In this document: positions 44,952-53,202 of the stretch, one piece after another
Layout of the letters: each line of letters begins with the position of its first letter
Numbering within the stretch: the stretch's first letter is position 1
Virus record (IMG/VR): IMGVR_UViG_3300025096_000026
Coordinates: 1-53,203 of that record
Source of the DNA: a virus
Taxonomy: Duplodnaviria > Caudoviricetes
Length of the DNA: 53,203 bases
Direction: 5' to 3' (one strand)
Position numbers and translations under genes: made by a program
Notes under the pieces: model-generated
Database searches by the model: none
Told to the model about the DNA's origin: nothing
What the model saw: only the letters and a program-made list of their open reading frames with translations

Positions 44952-46502
44952 TCACGGCTCTGCTTGTGTATCAAAGTTAATTGCACCGAAGGATACCCAA
45001 TCGCCTACCGCGGGTGTGGAGGGGTATTCGATCGTCACTTTGCCGTCGGTCTGGACATCGGCGCGCCCGTGAACGTAGGTGACGGAAGCGTCATAATATT
45101 GTACGCTAAATATCAGTCTATTAGCGGGTCGATACCCGGCGGGCAATGTAAAGACGAGATCGGCGGTGCCGCTGGTTTTTTTCGCCATCCCACGGATATG
45201 AATGAACCCCAGGCTATCTTTCATATATGACACGCCAAGGTAGCCGACACTATAATCTGCCCAGCCGGTTCCGTAAGCTACAGCAGTCCAAGCTTCCTGT
45301 GCATCGCTTGCATCGAATTTGCCAGCTGAATCCAGAGTCATATAGTTAGTGTTATTAATTCTAAAATAGACATCTCCGCCGGTGGCGGCATTCAGAAAGG
45401 TAGATCCACCGGTGCTCTGAATTATAGCATATTCGCCGGCGGCTGTCGCGTCAACATGACTGAACCATGCATAGTCACTATACCCTCCTCCGTAGCCTAC
45501 CCGGGCTCTTCCTATATCAGCATAAGTATCGCTGTCCGGACTGATTGCAACTGTCCCATCTGATTCAATTGACATTCTTTCAGTAAGTGTTGTCCCGCTG
45601 TCGGCGCATGTCCAAAAGCGGATCGCGCCAGGATGTGAAGATGCATCGGTCCACGTACCAGTACCGACCTCTCCTGTTATCGTTGCAGCTGAATAATAAG
45701 TTCCATTATCCGTCTCGGTTGCATCGAAAAGAATTTCACCCAAGCTTTCACCAGCCTGGATAACAGTATCATCATATCTTTCAAATCTGATCTCTCCGGC
45801 ATTATCGACAGTTCCATTCTTGCTCTCAAGTTTTAATTGGGGCAGCTGATTGCTGGTGGGTGTCAGTGTGGTGGTGGCTGCTTGAATTGTGACAGTATCG
45901 CTGTAAGCGTCACCAAGGGTGGTGTTACCATCAACCGTCAAAGCACCCCCCACATCTAGGGTAGAGCCATTCCACGTAAAATTTGAGTCGCCCTCAATGG
46001 TAGTAGAATTGGTCCAAATAGCTATTTCATTGTCAGCTGGTGTTCCTGAGGCGGCGACCAAGGTGCTTCCCCAAACACGGGAATCGATTTCGTCGGTTGC
46101 AACTGAGGTCCCATCACATATCAGTACCGTATTATCGGTGCCGGTCATCGATGCGACATTTGTTAAAGTTATGTTTGTGGCGTTAATTGTTACTGTATCA
46201 TTAGAGGCGTTGCCGAGAGTAGTATCTCCCGTAATGCTAGCATCGCCCGTAACAGTAAGCGTCGACCCGTCAAAAGTCAGGTTTGATTCAACAGTTGCCT
46301 CGTCGGCATCCTTATAGGTAGCAACGCCGTTTGCGGTTGAGCCGTACCACTCGATGCCTCCTCCTCCGTCAACATTTGTTAAATTGGCGCCGTCGCCATA
46401 AAATGCAGACGCAGAAATGTTAGTAGAGGCCGATAAATTAGTAAGGTTATCCGCTATGAACTCAAGCAGCGCGCCTTTGGAAACAAATATACTATCACTC
46501 AC
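44952..46502 (-). CDS. Tail fibre-like protein
   Basis: SASAFYGDGANLT; GDTTLGNA..D.VTI repeats; ERMSI.SDG.V; C-terminal G.IHIRG...FTLPAGYRP receptor-binding-type domain. Confidence 0.7.
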   Translation of the reverse strand: MSDSIFVSKGALLEFIADNLTNLSASTNISASAFYGDGANLTNVDGGGGIEWYGSTANGVATYKDADEATVESNLTFDGSTLTVTGDASITGDTTLGNASNDTVTINATNITLTNVASMTGTDNTVLICDGTSVATDEIDSRVWGSTLVAASGTPADNEIAIWTNSTTIEGDSNFTWNGSTLDVGGALTVDGNTTLGDAYSDTVTIQAATTTLTPTSNQLPQLKLESKNGTVDNAGEIRFERYDDTVIQAGESLGEILFDATETDNGTYYSAATITGEVGTGTWTDASSHPGAIRFWTCADSGTTLTERMSIESDGTVAISPDSDTYADIGRARVGYGGGYSDYAWFSHVDATAAGEYAIIQSTGGSTFLNAATGGDVYFRINNTNYMTLDSAGKFDASDAQEAWTAVAYGTGWADYSVGYLGVSYMKDSLGFIHIRGMAKKTSGTADLVFTLPAGYRPANRLIFSVQYYDASVTYVHGRADVQTDGKVTIEYPSTPAVGDWVSFGAINFDTQAEP

Positions 46503-46977
46503 TCTTCACAATCTCCGTCGATAGAGCAAAGATCCCCAGAGACGAAAGAGTACCAATACCAAATCCCAAAGCAACCAGCCATGGTTCCTTGGTGGGATTT
46601 TGTTTCAGAATAAGCTTTTCAAGGCGATCGTTTTCGGCCGCTTTTAAAATCATCATAGATTCATAGCGATCTTTCCAGGATTGAATTTCGATGTCTTTAT
46701 AATCCAATTGAAGCTGCATTCGTTCTCCTTGCATGTGAAGTTCGTAGCTAATTCGAAGTTCACACTCTGCATCTTCAAATTTTTTGTCCACTGCAATCTT
46801 AGACGCAGCCTCATAAGTCATCAGGATTCCGTCGAATGGGGCGGCTTCGCCTGCCTTAATCGGGGTGACGTCATAAGCTTCTTCTGTGGAGGATTCGCCC
46901 TCTGCGCCTGTAGCTAGAGCTGCGCCCGGACAAACCAGGGCGGCTGCCAGATAAAGGGATACAATCTTCTTAACCAT
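46495..46977 (-). CDS. Exported, membrane-anchored coiled-coil protein (spanin-like candidate)
   Basis: Signal peptide ending AALA, coiled coil, and a C-terminal Gly-rich hydrophobic segment. Confidence 0.5.
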   Translation of the reverse strand: MVKKIVSLYLAAALVCPGAALATGAEGESSTEEAYDVTPIKAGEAAPFDGILMTYEAASKIAVDKKFEDAECELRISYELHMQGERMQLQLDYKDIEIQSWKDRYESMMILKAAENDRLEKLILKQNPTKEPWLVALGFGIGTLSSLGIFALSTEIVKSE

Positions 46978-47386
46978 GTTTTAGTCCAAATGCTTCTGCT
47001 AATTCTTTTGCTAGCTTCTCAGGATCATTATAGCTCTCATCTACTAATCTTTTAAGCTCGGCCTTTTTGGACCTGTCGAGTTTCTCGCCGCGGGCGGCGA
47101 ACTCCTCTTCTACTTGTGCTAATCTCTTGTTGTGTTCTGACAATCTTTTGTTCTTTTCTTTTGTTTCTGTGGCGTGAATTTCTTCTAGAGCGTTCATCTC
47201 CGCATCGTGAGCGTCCTTCTTGGATTCTAATAAATCCAATACCGCGCCCAAGAATGCACCGTTTCGTGTGAGAGCGCCGATGAGGGCTGCAACAAAAAAG
47301 AGTAAGCCCATGACGATTACCCACCAAAACCTTTTAGCTAAAAGCCAAGCTTTTTTGACTTTCATCTTGAGCCCTAAAAGTTTCAC
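46970..47386 (-). CDS. Membrane-anchored coiled-coil protein (i-spanin-like candidate)
   Basis: Basic N-terminus, one TM (WWVIVMGLLFFVAALIGAL) and a long charged helix. Confidence 0.55.
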   Translation of the reverse strand: MKLLGLKMKVKKAWLLAKRFWWVIVMGLLFFVAALIGALTRNGAFLGAVLDLLESKKDAHDAEMNALEEIHATETKEKNKRLSEHNKRLAQVEEEFAARGEKLDRSKKAELKRLVDESYNDPEKLAKELAEAFGLKHG

Positions 47387-47571
47387 TAGTCAACCCCTTT
47401 TAGGCGGGCGACCATGTCTACCACTCCCTGAGTGCCAATGTAAACTACTGTGATCATTGTCCAATCTTCCGAGGCCAGGTCGGCGAACGCCAATAAACCG
47501 GTTGCAGTAATCCATGCTAAAAGCTTACGAGATACAAACTTATTAAGTACCTTGTCTAGTATATGTCTCAT
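47386..47571 (-). CDS. Holin-like small membrane protein
   Basis: Start MRHILDK at 47571 (AAGGAG SD); 61 aa; SRKLLAW followed by two short TM segments. Confidence 0.55.
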   Translation of the reverse strand: MRHILDKVLNKFVSRKLLAWITATGLLAFADLASEDWTMITVVYIGTQGVVDMVARLKGVD

Positions 47572-47591
47572 ACGTTTAAACTCCTTCTCTA

Positions 47592-47598
47592 TAATTAG
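47592..47598 (-). promoter_or_regulatory. Candidate late-promoter motif CTAATTA in the divergent gap
   Basis: Lies between the holin-like start and the J-domain start; the plus strand reads TATAAT at 47590-47595. Confidence 0.45.
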
Positions 47599-47613
47599 GA
47601 TGGAAACCAAAGT

Positions 47614-48348
47614 ATGTCTAAGCAACTTAAGTTCAAATTTAAAAAAACCCTGAAAAAAGCAGAGTTTGTGCATGCTGACTTGGAGTATCATCAAGAACTT
47701 ATTTCAGAAGCTAAACAGCTTTTTAACGATGAAATTTCAGCTCTTATCGCCAAGTTACCCGCCGAAGACCAAGCAAAACTTAAAGCCGAAATAGAGAGGC
47801 AGCATCTCAAAAACCTGCAGGCCCACCAGGAAGCGGCGGAGCGGGCGGACCGCGCAGGGCAGATTGAAGAAGAAGTTGCTCAGTTTATCAATGGCGACTG
47901 TACTGCTTTAGCCATAATAGAAGATCCCCACGATGACCCTGCTGATACCCCTAAGCCAGAGAAAGTTAAATCTATAGAATTAAAAAAACTATTTCGTAAA
48001 ATCGCTGAGCAAACTCACCCAGACAAGGTGAGGGCGAACGGATTTTCAGAAAAGGAAATCAGCCGGCTGGAACGGGTCTTCAAAAAGGCTTTGCAAGCCT
48101 ATACAGATAACAACTGGTATCTACTATATTCTATTGCCCACGAACTTGACCTTTCGATAGACAACGCCACGCAAACCCACATTGATTGGGTAGAAGAAGA
48201 CATTCGTAACACTTTAGGGGCTATAGCACAAATTGCAAATTTGGTTGCATGGGGGTGGTACATCGGCAATGAGAAGGCTAAACTGCAAGCAGTTCGTTAT
48301 TACTTTGAAACATTTTATAATTTCCACCATCCTGATCTACAATCTTAA
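47614..48348 (+). CDS. J-domain (DnaJ-like) protein
   Basis: ELKKLFRKIAEQTHPDK...FKKALQAY matches J-domain helix II, HPD and helix III. It is the only convincing plus-strand gene. Confidence 0.8.
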   Translation: MSKQLKFKFKKTLKKAEFVHADLEYHQELISEAKQLFNDEISALIAKLPAEDQAKLKAEIERQHLKNLQAHQEAAERADRAGQIEEEVAQFINGDCTALAIIEDPHDDPADTPKPEKVKSIELKKLFRKIAEQTHPDKVRANGFSEKEISRLERVFKKALQAYTDNNWYLLYSIAHELDLSIDNATQTHIDWVEEDIRNTLGAIAQIANLVAWGWYIGNEKAKLQAVRYYFETFYNFHHPDLQS

Positions 48349-48595
48349 AATCAAAGTTGGGCCATATGAGCAACTGATCTTCTATGTATTCAACTATCTC
48401 AGGCTCGGACTCAAACCCCTCGGCATACTGCATTTGGTTTATGGGAAAGTAATGCCACTCTAGCCATTGATAGTAAAACCTCTGAAATTCTTCCCTGTAG
48501 GTGCCGGGGCGCAAGCGGCGCTTAGCATAATACCTAACTGGTAGGGGTACTGTTACCTCATTGGGTAACTCTTGCAAAGCCTCCGTTTTTGTCAA
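48278..48595 (-). CDS. Possible hypothetical protein (start uncertain)
   Basis: The frame fills the gap 48349-48557 with protein-like sequence but overlaps both neighbours. Confidence 0.3.
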   Translation of the reverse strand: MTKTEALQELPNEVTVPLPVRYYAKRRLRPGTYREEFQRFYYQWLEWHYFPINQMQYAEGFESEPEIVEYIEDQLLIWPNFDFKIVDQDGGNYKMFQSNNELLAV

Positions 48596-51500
48596 TTGAG
48601 ATCTCCAAATCTACGATGTCTTTCAACGAATCCACATGCGAAATCAGAATAACTGTTTTGAAATACATCTTAATTAGCTGGAGGATCCTGATGAACCCCT
48701 CCATGTTCTCGGCATCCAAAGCAGTTCCGGGCTCATCCAGAATAAAAATGTTGCCCTTGGGAAGTGACGACACGGACAATAGCGCCAGGCGAATTGCCAT
48801 GGCAGCAACGGTTTTCTCTGCGCCAGAACCCATCTCGATAGGCCGAGGGTCATGTTTGGGGTGCTTGATGAGGATGTCCAGCTTGCGGCCATCCTCTTGA
48901 AAGAAAGCATCAAAATCAACAATGTTAGATAAAACCTTGGCTATCTCTCCATTGATAACTGGCAACCGCTTTTTGATAATGTCATAAGCAATCCCATTAG
49001 AGTGAGTACATCGCATGAATAAATCATACGCCGCATATTCCTCTCGTATCTCATCAAGTTCTTTTCTCTTCTCTTTCAGGTCTTCAACTTTCTGCTCCAT
49101 TGAGCCTAGCTGGCGATGGTGCAAATTAATGCTTTCTTCGGTGTCGGTAATCTCGGACTGAAGTTCTAAAATCTTTTTGTCGACCTCGGTGCGCGAGTTG
49201 ATGAGTTTCTCAATGTTTTTGATTAAATCCTTTTTCTCTTCATACAAATTAATCTTCTCGTTGGTTGCGCGGAGGTTATCGCGGTATCCCTTAATCTTTG
49301 CATAGAGTTTCTCAATAGAAACTTTGTTATCGCGCTTCTCAATCTCGATGTTATTCTTTTGAATGATGTTATCATTATAGTTCTCGATCAAGCTGATCAT
49401 CTCAACAGAATTAACTGAGATAACTTTTGTTTTGTAATTCTTTGCCTCTTCGATTCTTTCTATAATCTCGATCTCTAGCGCGGGCAATTCAGTAGTGGCC
49501 ACGTTTGCATCATGGATAAACTGACAGGTGGGGTATTTATTGCCACAAGGTACTTCATCAAGAAGCTCAATCTTCTTAAACATCGCTTTATAGTCGTTAT
49601 CCATAAGGCGCGCCTTATTAACAGTATCCTCGTATTTCTGCTTAAATTCATCATAATCTTGCTTCTGAGCCAAGAGATCTTCAATGTCAATGGTTGTGAG
49701 AAAATCATCATACTCTTTAAGTTTTTCGTCATAATTCTCGTTCTCTTGCTTAAGCTCCACAATATTAACGTCAGTACTGTCAATCTTGCTTTCTAAGATA
49801 GCCCGGGTCTCTAGCAGATTCTTGATGTCCAATCGTTCTGCTGGAATGGAATCAATCTGTGTCGTTAAATCGGATTGCTCCGATGACGCGTCCGACAAAA
49901 GTGACCTTAATTGTTCACAACTCTCAACCTCTTGATCTAGAACCTTCTGTGCTTCGTCTCGCTGAACTTCTGCGATCGCGATGTTATTACTATAGTCAAC
50001 GTCGCCGACGCGGCGAAGCACTGCTTTTAAGTCCCCACTGTCCTCGTGAGCTAGTTTAAACTTTTTCTCAAAGATGTCTAAATCTAAGAACTTAGCAAGG
50101 ATTTCCTTCCGACGAGTAGAACCCTCCTTAATGAACGACAAACTATCGAGCTGACTGGACATAGAGGTCAACAGGAAGTCTTCTACTGTGCCAAAACGCT
50201 TTCGAATATGAGCATCCGTCTCGTTACGAGTAGTGCCATTGAGACTCGTTTCTTCGCCCACTGCGGGGTCTAGGCCGCTAAAGTCTAAAAACGTGCGCGC
50301 TTCGTTGGTCACTTCGCCCTTAAGTTTCTTTACATATTTCTCCGACTGACGCTCAATGGTATAAGTCTTGTCTCCAACCTGCAACTCTAAGCGCCCCATG
50401 CAGTCTTTCTTATTTTGGTTAATAATGTTATAATTCTTGCGTTCATTCTTTGAGGTGGTGTTAAACATGGTATACAATAATCCATCAATAATGCTGGACT
50501 TTCCGGAGAAATTCTTGCCGAAGATGCCCACGATACCGTTCAAATTCGTAAAATCTACACTGTTTCCCTCGCCATAATTGAATAGGTTGTCCCACTCAAA
50601 CTTGTTGAGGTTCCAATTCACGTTACGTGCAACTTCCTCGGTCTCCTCAATCTTGGAGTTGTACTTTCGATTGAGTTCGAATACGCGCTCAAGCATCTGC
50701 TCGGGGGGCTGGTAATCAACTAAGTACTCACGGATGAGGTCTTCTTGGACTCCTTTGTCTCGAAGGTTTTCCACCTTGAAGCCGGTGCCAATCTCCACAG
50801 TGCCGCGTTCTCCAGCAGCTCTGTTAAGAAATGTAATACTCTCGGGCTTGAAGCGATGCTTGGCTACCTCGACAGCCTTGCGCATGACGTCAAGCGGAAG
50901 ATTGTTATTACTCACAAGACGCAACCGCGAGGTAGGAGGAATTTTTGTTCCCCTTGGCATTCGCCCCTTTGGCGTGAGTTCTATTGTTACGAATGGTTTG
51001 GGATTAAGCAAAACATGGTGACTCACGCGAAATTCGTTTTTGTCTTCAATTTCCCAAATCAAAAATCCCTTATCATTTGTCTCGCCATGATTCTGTTGAA
51101 CGGTTGAACCGCAATACCTCACGCGGCCCTCGGCGTCTAGGATTTGATTTGTCTTGTGAATGTCGCCAAGTAATGCATAGTCGTGACCGGCGAAGACGCC
51201 GATGTCGTGATCACCGTGAGTCATCACCCAGCCGGTGTCGGTTTTGACACCAGACACAGAGCCGTGATAAAGTGCGATGTTGATTCGTGAGTTGTCGCTT
51301 GGTGCGACCCAGTTGTCTTCATCAAATACAGATAGCACATTGAGTGCGAGATCCGGCTCTAGAACAGTTTCTCCAGCGTTCTTGAGCAGATGTAGGTCCG
51401 GGAGGTTCAGAGCCTTCACAATGGGCGACAGGGCGTCCTGACGGGTACTGTTCTTCAGGTTGCCGTCGTGGTTGCCTAAGATGATGTAAGTTGGTGCGAT

Positions 51501-51710
51501 TTTCGCTAGATTTGAAAAGAAGTCGGAGCAAAGCTCAACGAACTCTGGTGAAATCTGTGTCTTGGTGTGGGCGATGTCGCCGCAGTGAACAATGTAGTCC
51601 ACGTTTTCTTTTCGTAGTGTTTCGTAAAGTTGTTCAAATACCTTCTTGTATTCGTAATGAAATTTTAAATTCTTTATGTGCGTGTCCGCAAGGTGTGCTA
51701 TTTTATACAC
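48558..51710 (-). CDS. Fused Mre11/SbcD nuclease - Rad50/SbcC ATPase (gp47-gp46-like)
   Basis: N-terminal phosphoesterase motifs ADTH, GDIAH, GNHD, YHG and GDIH; then Walker A GKNFSGKS, coiled coil with CGNKYPTC hook, signature GSGAE, Walker B ILDEP and ISH. Confidence 0.92.
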   Translation of the reverse strand: MYKIAHLADTHIKNLKFHYEYKKVFEQLYETLRKENVDYIVHCGDIAHTKTQISPEFVELCSDFFSNLAKIAPTYIILGNHDGNLKNSTRQDALSPIVKALNLPDLHLLKNAGETVLEPDLALNVLSVFDEDNWVAPSDNSRINIALYHGSVSGVKTDTGWVMTHGDHDIGVFAGHDYALLGDIHKTNQILDAEGRVRYCGSTVQQNHGETNDKGFLIWEIEDKNEFRVSHHVLLNPKPFVTIELTPKGRMPRGTKIPPTSRLRLVSNNNLPLDVMRKAVEVAKHRFKPESITFLNRAAGERGTVEIGTGFKVENLRDKGVQEDLIREYLVDYQPPEQMLERVFELNRKYNSKIEETEEVARNVNWNLNKFEWDNLFNYGEGNSVDFTNLNGIVGIFGKNFSGKSSIIDGLLYTMFNTTSKNERKNYNIINQNKKDCMGRLELQVGDKTYTIERQSEKYVKKLKGEVTNEARTFLDFSGLDPAVGEETSLNGTTRNETDAHIRKRFGTVEDFLLTSMSSQLDSLSFIKEGSTRRKEILAKFLDLDIFEKKFKLAHEDSGDLKAVLRRVGDVDYSNNIAIAEVQRDEAQKVLDQEVESCEQLRSLLSDASSEQSDLTTQIDSIPAERLDIKNLLETRAILESKIDSTDVNIVELKQENENYDEKLKEYDDFLTTIDIEDLLAQKQDYDEFKQKYEDTVNKARLMDNDYKAMFKKIELLDEVPCGNKYPTCQFIHDANVATTELPALEIEIIERIEEAKNYKTKVISVNSVEMISLIENYNDNIIQKNNIEIEKRDNKVSIEKLYAKIKGYRDNLRATNEKINLYEEKKDLIKNIEKLINSRTEVDKKILELQSEITDTEESINLHHRQLGSMEQKVEDLKEKRKELDEIREEYAAYDLFMRCTHSNGIAYDIIKKRLPVINGEIAKVLSNIVDFDAFFQEDGRKLDILIKHPKHDPRPIEMGSGAEKTVAAMAIRLALLSVSSLPKGNIFILDEPGTALDAENMEGFIRILQLIKMYFKTVILISHVDSLKDIVDLEISIDKNGGFARVTQ

Positions 51711-51736
51711 GTAGTTATCCCCTAGTCTATGATACT

Positions 51737-51766
51737 AGTATACAGGATGTGCAGAGGGTGTGTCAA
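51737..51766 (-). promoter_or_regulatory. Sigma70-like promoter upstream of the SbcDC fusion
   Basis: TTGACA (51766-51761), 18-nt spacer, TATACT (51742-51737), then TAGGGGATA as seen upstream of 2890. Confidence 0.7.
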
Positions 51767-51778
51767 GGATTATTTTTA

Positions 51779-52108
51779 TTATTTCCTGAGTGTGGGTTCC
51801 ATCCACTCTTCTGTGTCGACCTTAAGAATGTCGAAATCAAAGTCAGCGTTTTGGCGGAAATCTTTAATAAGATCCATAAGTTTATCGCCGGTTCGGATAT
51901 CTTTCATCGCAAATCTGCTCTTCTCGATGAGGTCATCATATAATTCTTGAGACAATGATCCCTCAGCGCGCGAGCGTCTTAAGGCATTGGCGAAAGCTGC
52001 TCCCCAAGCGTCCTTACTGGGGAGACCTACGACGGGGCGCGAGTCATCAAAAGACCGCGTGATCTCTTCCTTGATAATCTGTCGTAGTTTTGCTTTTGAG
52101 ATCTTCAT
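51779..52108 (-). CDS. Leader-family small protein (MKISKAKLRQIIKEEI)
   Basis: Shares the family N-terminal motif; the remainder is unique. Confidence 0.8.
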   Translation of the reverse strand: MKISKAKLRQIIKEEITRSFDDSRPVVGLPSKDAWGAAFANALRRSRAEGSLSQELYDDLIEKSRFAMKDIRTGDKLMDLIKDFRQNADFDFDILKVDTEEWMEPTLRK

Positions 52109-52112
52109 TTTA

Positions 52113-52394
52113 TTATTTCATGCCATAGAGAGCATAGATGCCGGCTTCATTGCTTTCGAGTCCAAGCTCTATCAAGTGCTGTTTGATTGCCTCGTACTCG
52201 CCCGGGATTCCATTGGACTCTAAATAGTTACTGAATTTTTCACTCATTGCATGTAGGGGGCGTAAAATGGTAAGCGCTTCAGCGGACGGACCAGAGGGTT
52301 CATCTTCTGGTACTTCTGGGTATTGTTCTATGTCTGCCGTATACTCAAGCTCTTCTCTAATAATTTCTTTGAGTCTTTGTTTAGTGATTTTCAT
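52113..52394 (-). CDS. Leader-family small protein (MKITKQRLKEIIREEL)
   Basis: Shares the family N-terminal motif; the remainder is unique. Confidence 0.8.
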   Translation of the reverse strand: MKITKQRLKEIIREELEYTADIEQYPEVPEDEPSGPSAEALTILRPLHAMSEKFSNYLESNGIPGEYEAIKQHLIELGLESNEAGIYALYGMK

Positions 52395-52429
52395 TGTTAA
52401 TCTTCCTCCGGAGGATCATCGCGATCCGG

Positions 52430-52846
52430 TCACTTCTCTCCCTCTTCCAGATCGCGCCAGCGACCTGTTTTAAGCCCTCGGCGAAGTCTGTCCACCTTTT
52501 TATCCGTGGGAGCGCTCACCTTTACGGTTTGTGCGGAATCGTCGTCACGCAGGAGTGACTTTAGAGGAATAATTTCGACCAAGCCGAGGGCCTCTTCCTT
52601 TAACCTGCTTTGAACGTCCATTGCGCGATCAATATCTTCAAAACGCTTGGCCATCTCGGGATCTTTTACGGTGTCCGCACTCCAGTTCCCGCGGCCTTTG
52701 CGAGTCAATTGGAGCAAGTAATCGCTGGTGCCATCAAACCGAAGCACAAAAGGTTTCTGCTCCGGCTTTAATTTGAAACCCTCCCACTCCCACTTCGTAA
52801 GCTCTTCTTTGATAATCTCTTTGAGCCTTTGTTTAGTGAGCTTCAC
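52430..52846 (-). CDS. Leader-family small protein (MKLTKQRLKEIIKEEL)
   Basis: GTG start; shares the family N-terminal motif. Confidence 0.8.
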   Translation of the reverse strand: MKLTKQRLKEIIKEELTKWEWEGFKLKPEQKPFVLRFDGTSDYLLQLTRKGRGNWSADTVKDPEMAKRFEDIDRAMDVQSRLKEEALGLVEIIPLKSLLRDDDSAQTVKVSAPTDKKVDRLRRGLKTGRWRDLEEGEK

Positions 52847-52944
52847 TTACAACATTCCTCATTCACACAGCTGCAACAACCACAGCAACAACAACAATGT
52901 TTATTGTTAAATAAGTTTGCTAATTTATGTAAGATATTTTTCAT
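52843..52944 (-). CDS. Cys-rich 33-aa micro-protein (metallothionein-like)
   Basis: Not in the ORF track. Translation is MKNILHKLANLFNNKHCCCCCGCCSCVNEECCK*; AGGAG upstream; the stop overlaps the next GTG (GTGA). Confidence 0.65.
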   Translation of the reverse strand: MKNILHKLANLFNNKHCCCCCGCCSCVNEECCK

Positions 52945-52947
52945 TTG

Positions 52948-53202
52948 TCATTCACTCCTTTTAATTTTTACTTCACTCTCCAACAAAGCCTTCGTTTCCT
53001 CTAAGGCACTGATTGCCTCACGAACTTGGGGATGTTGTTCCAAATTGCGAAATGCAGCCTTCTGGATTTTTTGACGTAACTGATCGGCCAAGTCGGCAAG
53101 TGCCGTTATATCATTAAGCAATGCGCCGGGGCTGATGTCATCGTCTTCCTTAAGTAGCTCTTCCTTGATAATCTCTTTGAGTCTTTGTTTGGTGATTTTC
53201 AT
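52948..53202 (-). CDS. Leader-family small protein (MKITKQRLKEIIKEEL)
   Basis: Shares the family N-terminal motif. Confidence 0.8.
   Translation of the reverse strand: MKITKQRLKEIIKEELLKEDDDISPGALLNDITALADLADQLRQKIQKAAFRNLEQHPQVREAISALEETKALLESEVKIKRSE

Noticed and set aside
52829-53074. Plus-strand poly-Gln ORF (QQPQQQQQ)
   Set aside because: It is the reverse complement of the Cys-codon tract of the minus-strand micro-ORF, which fits the operon direction and coupling.
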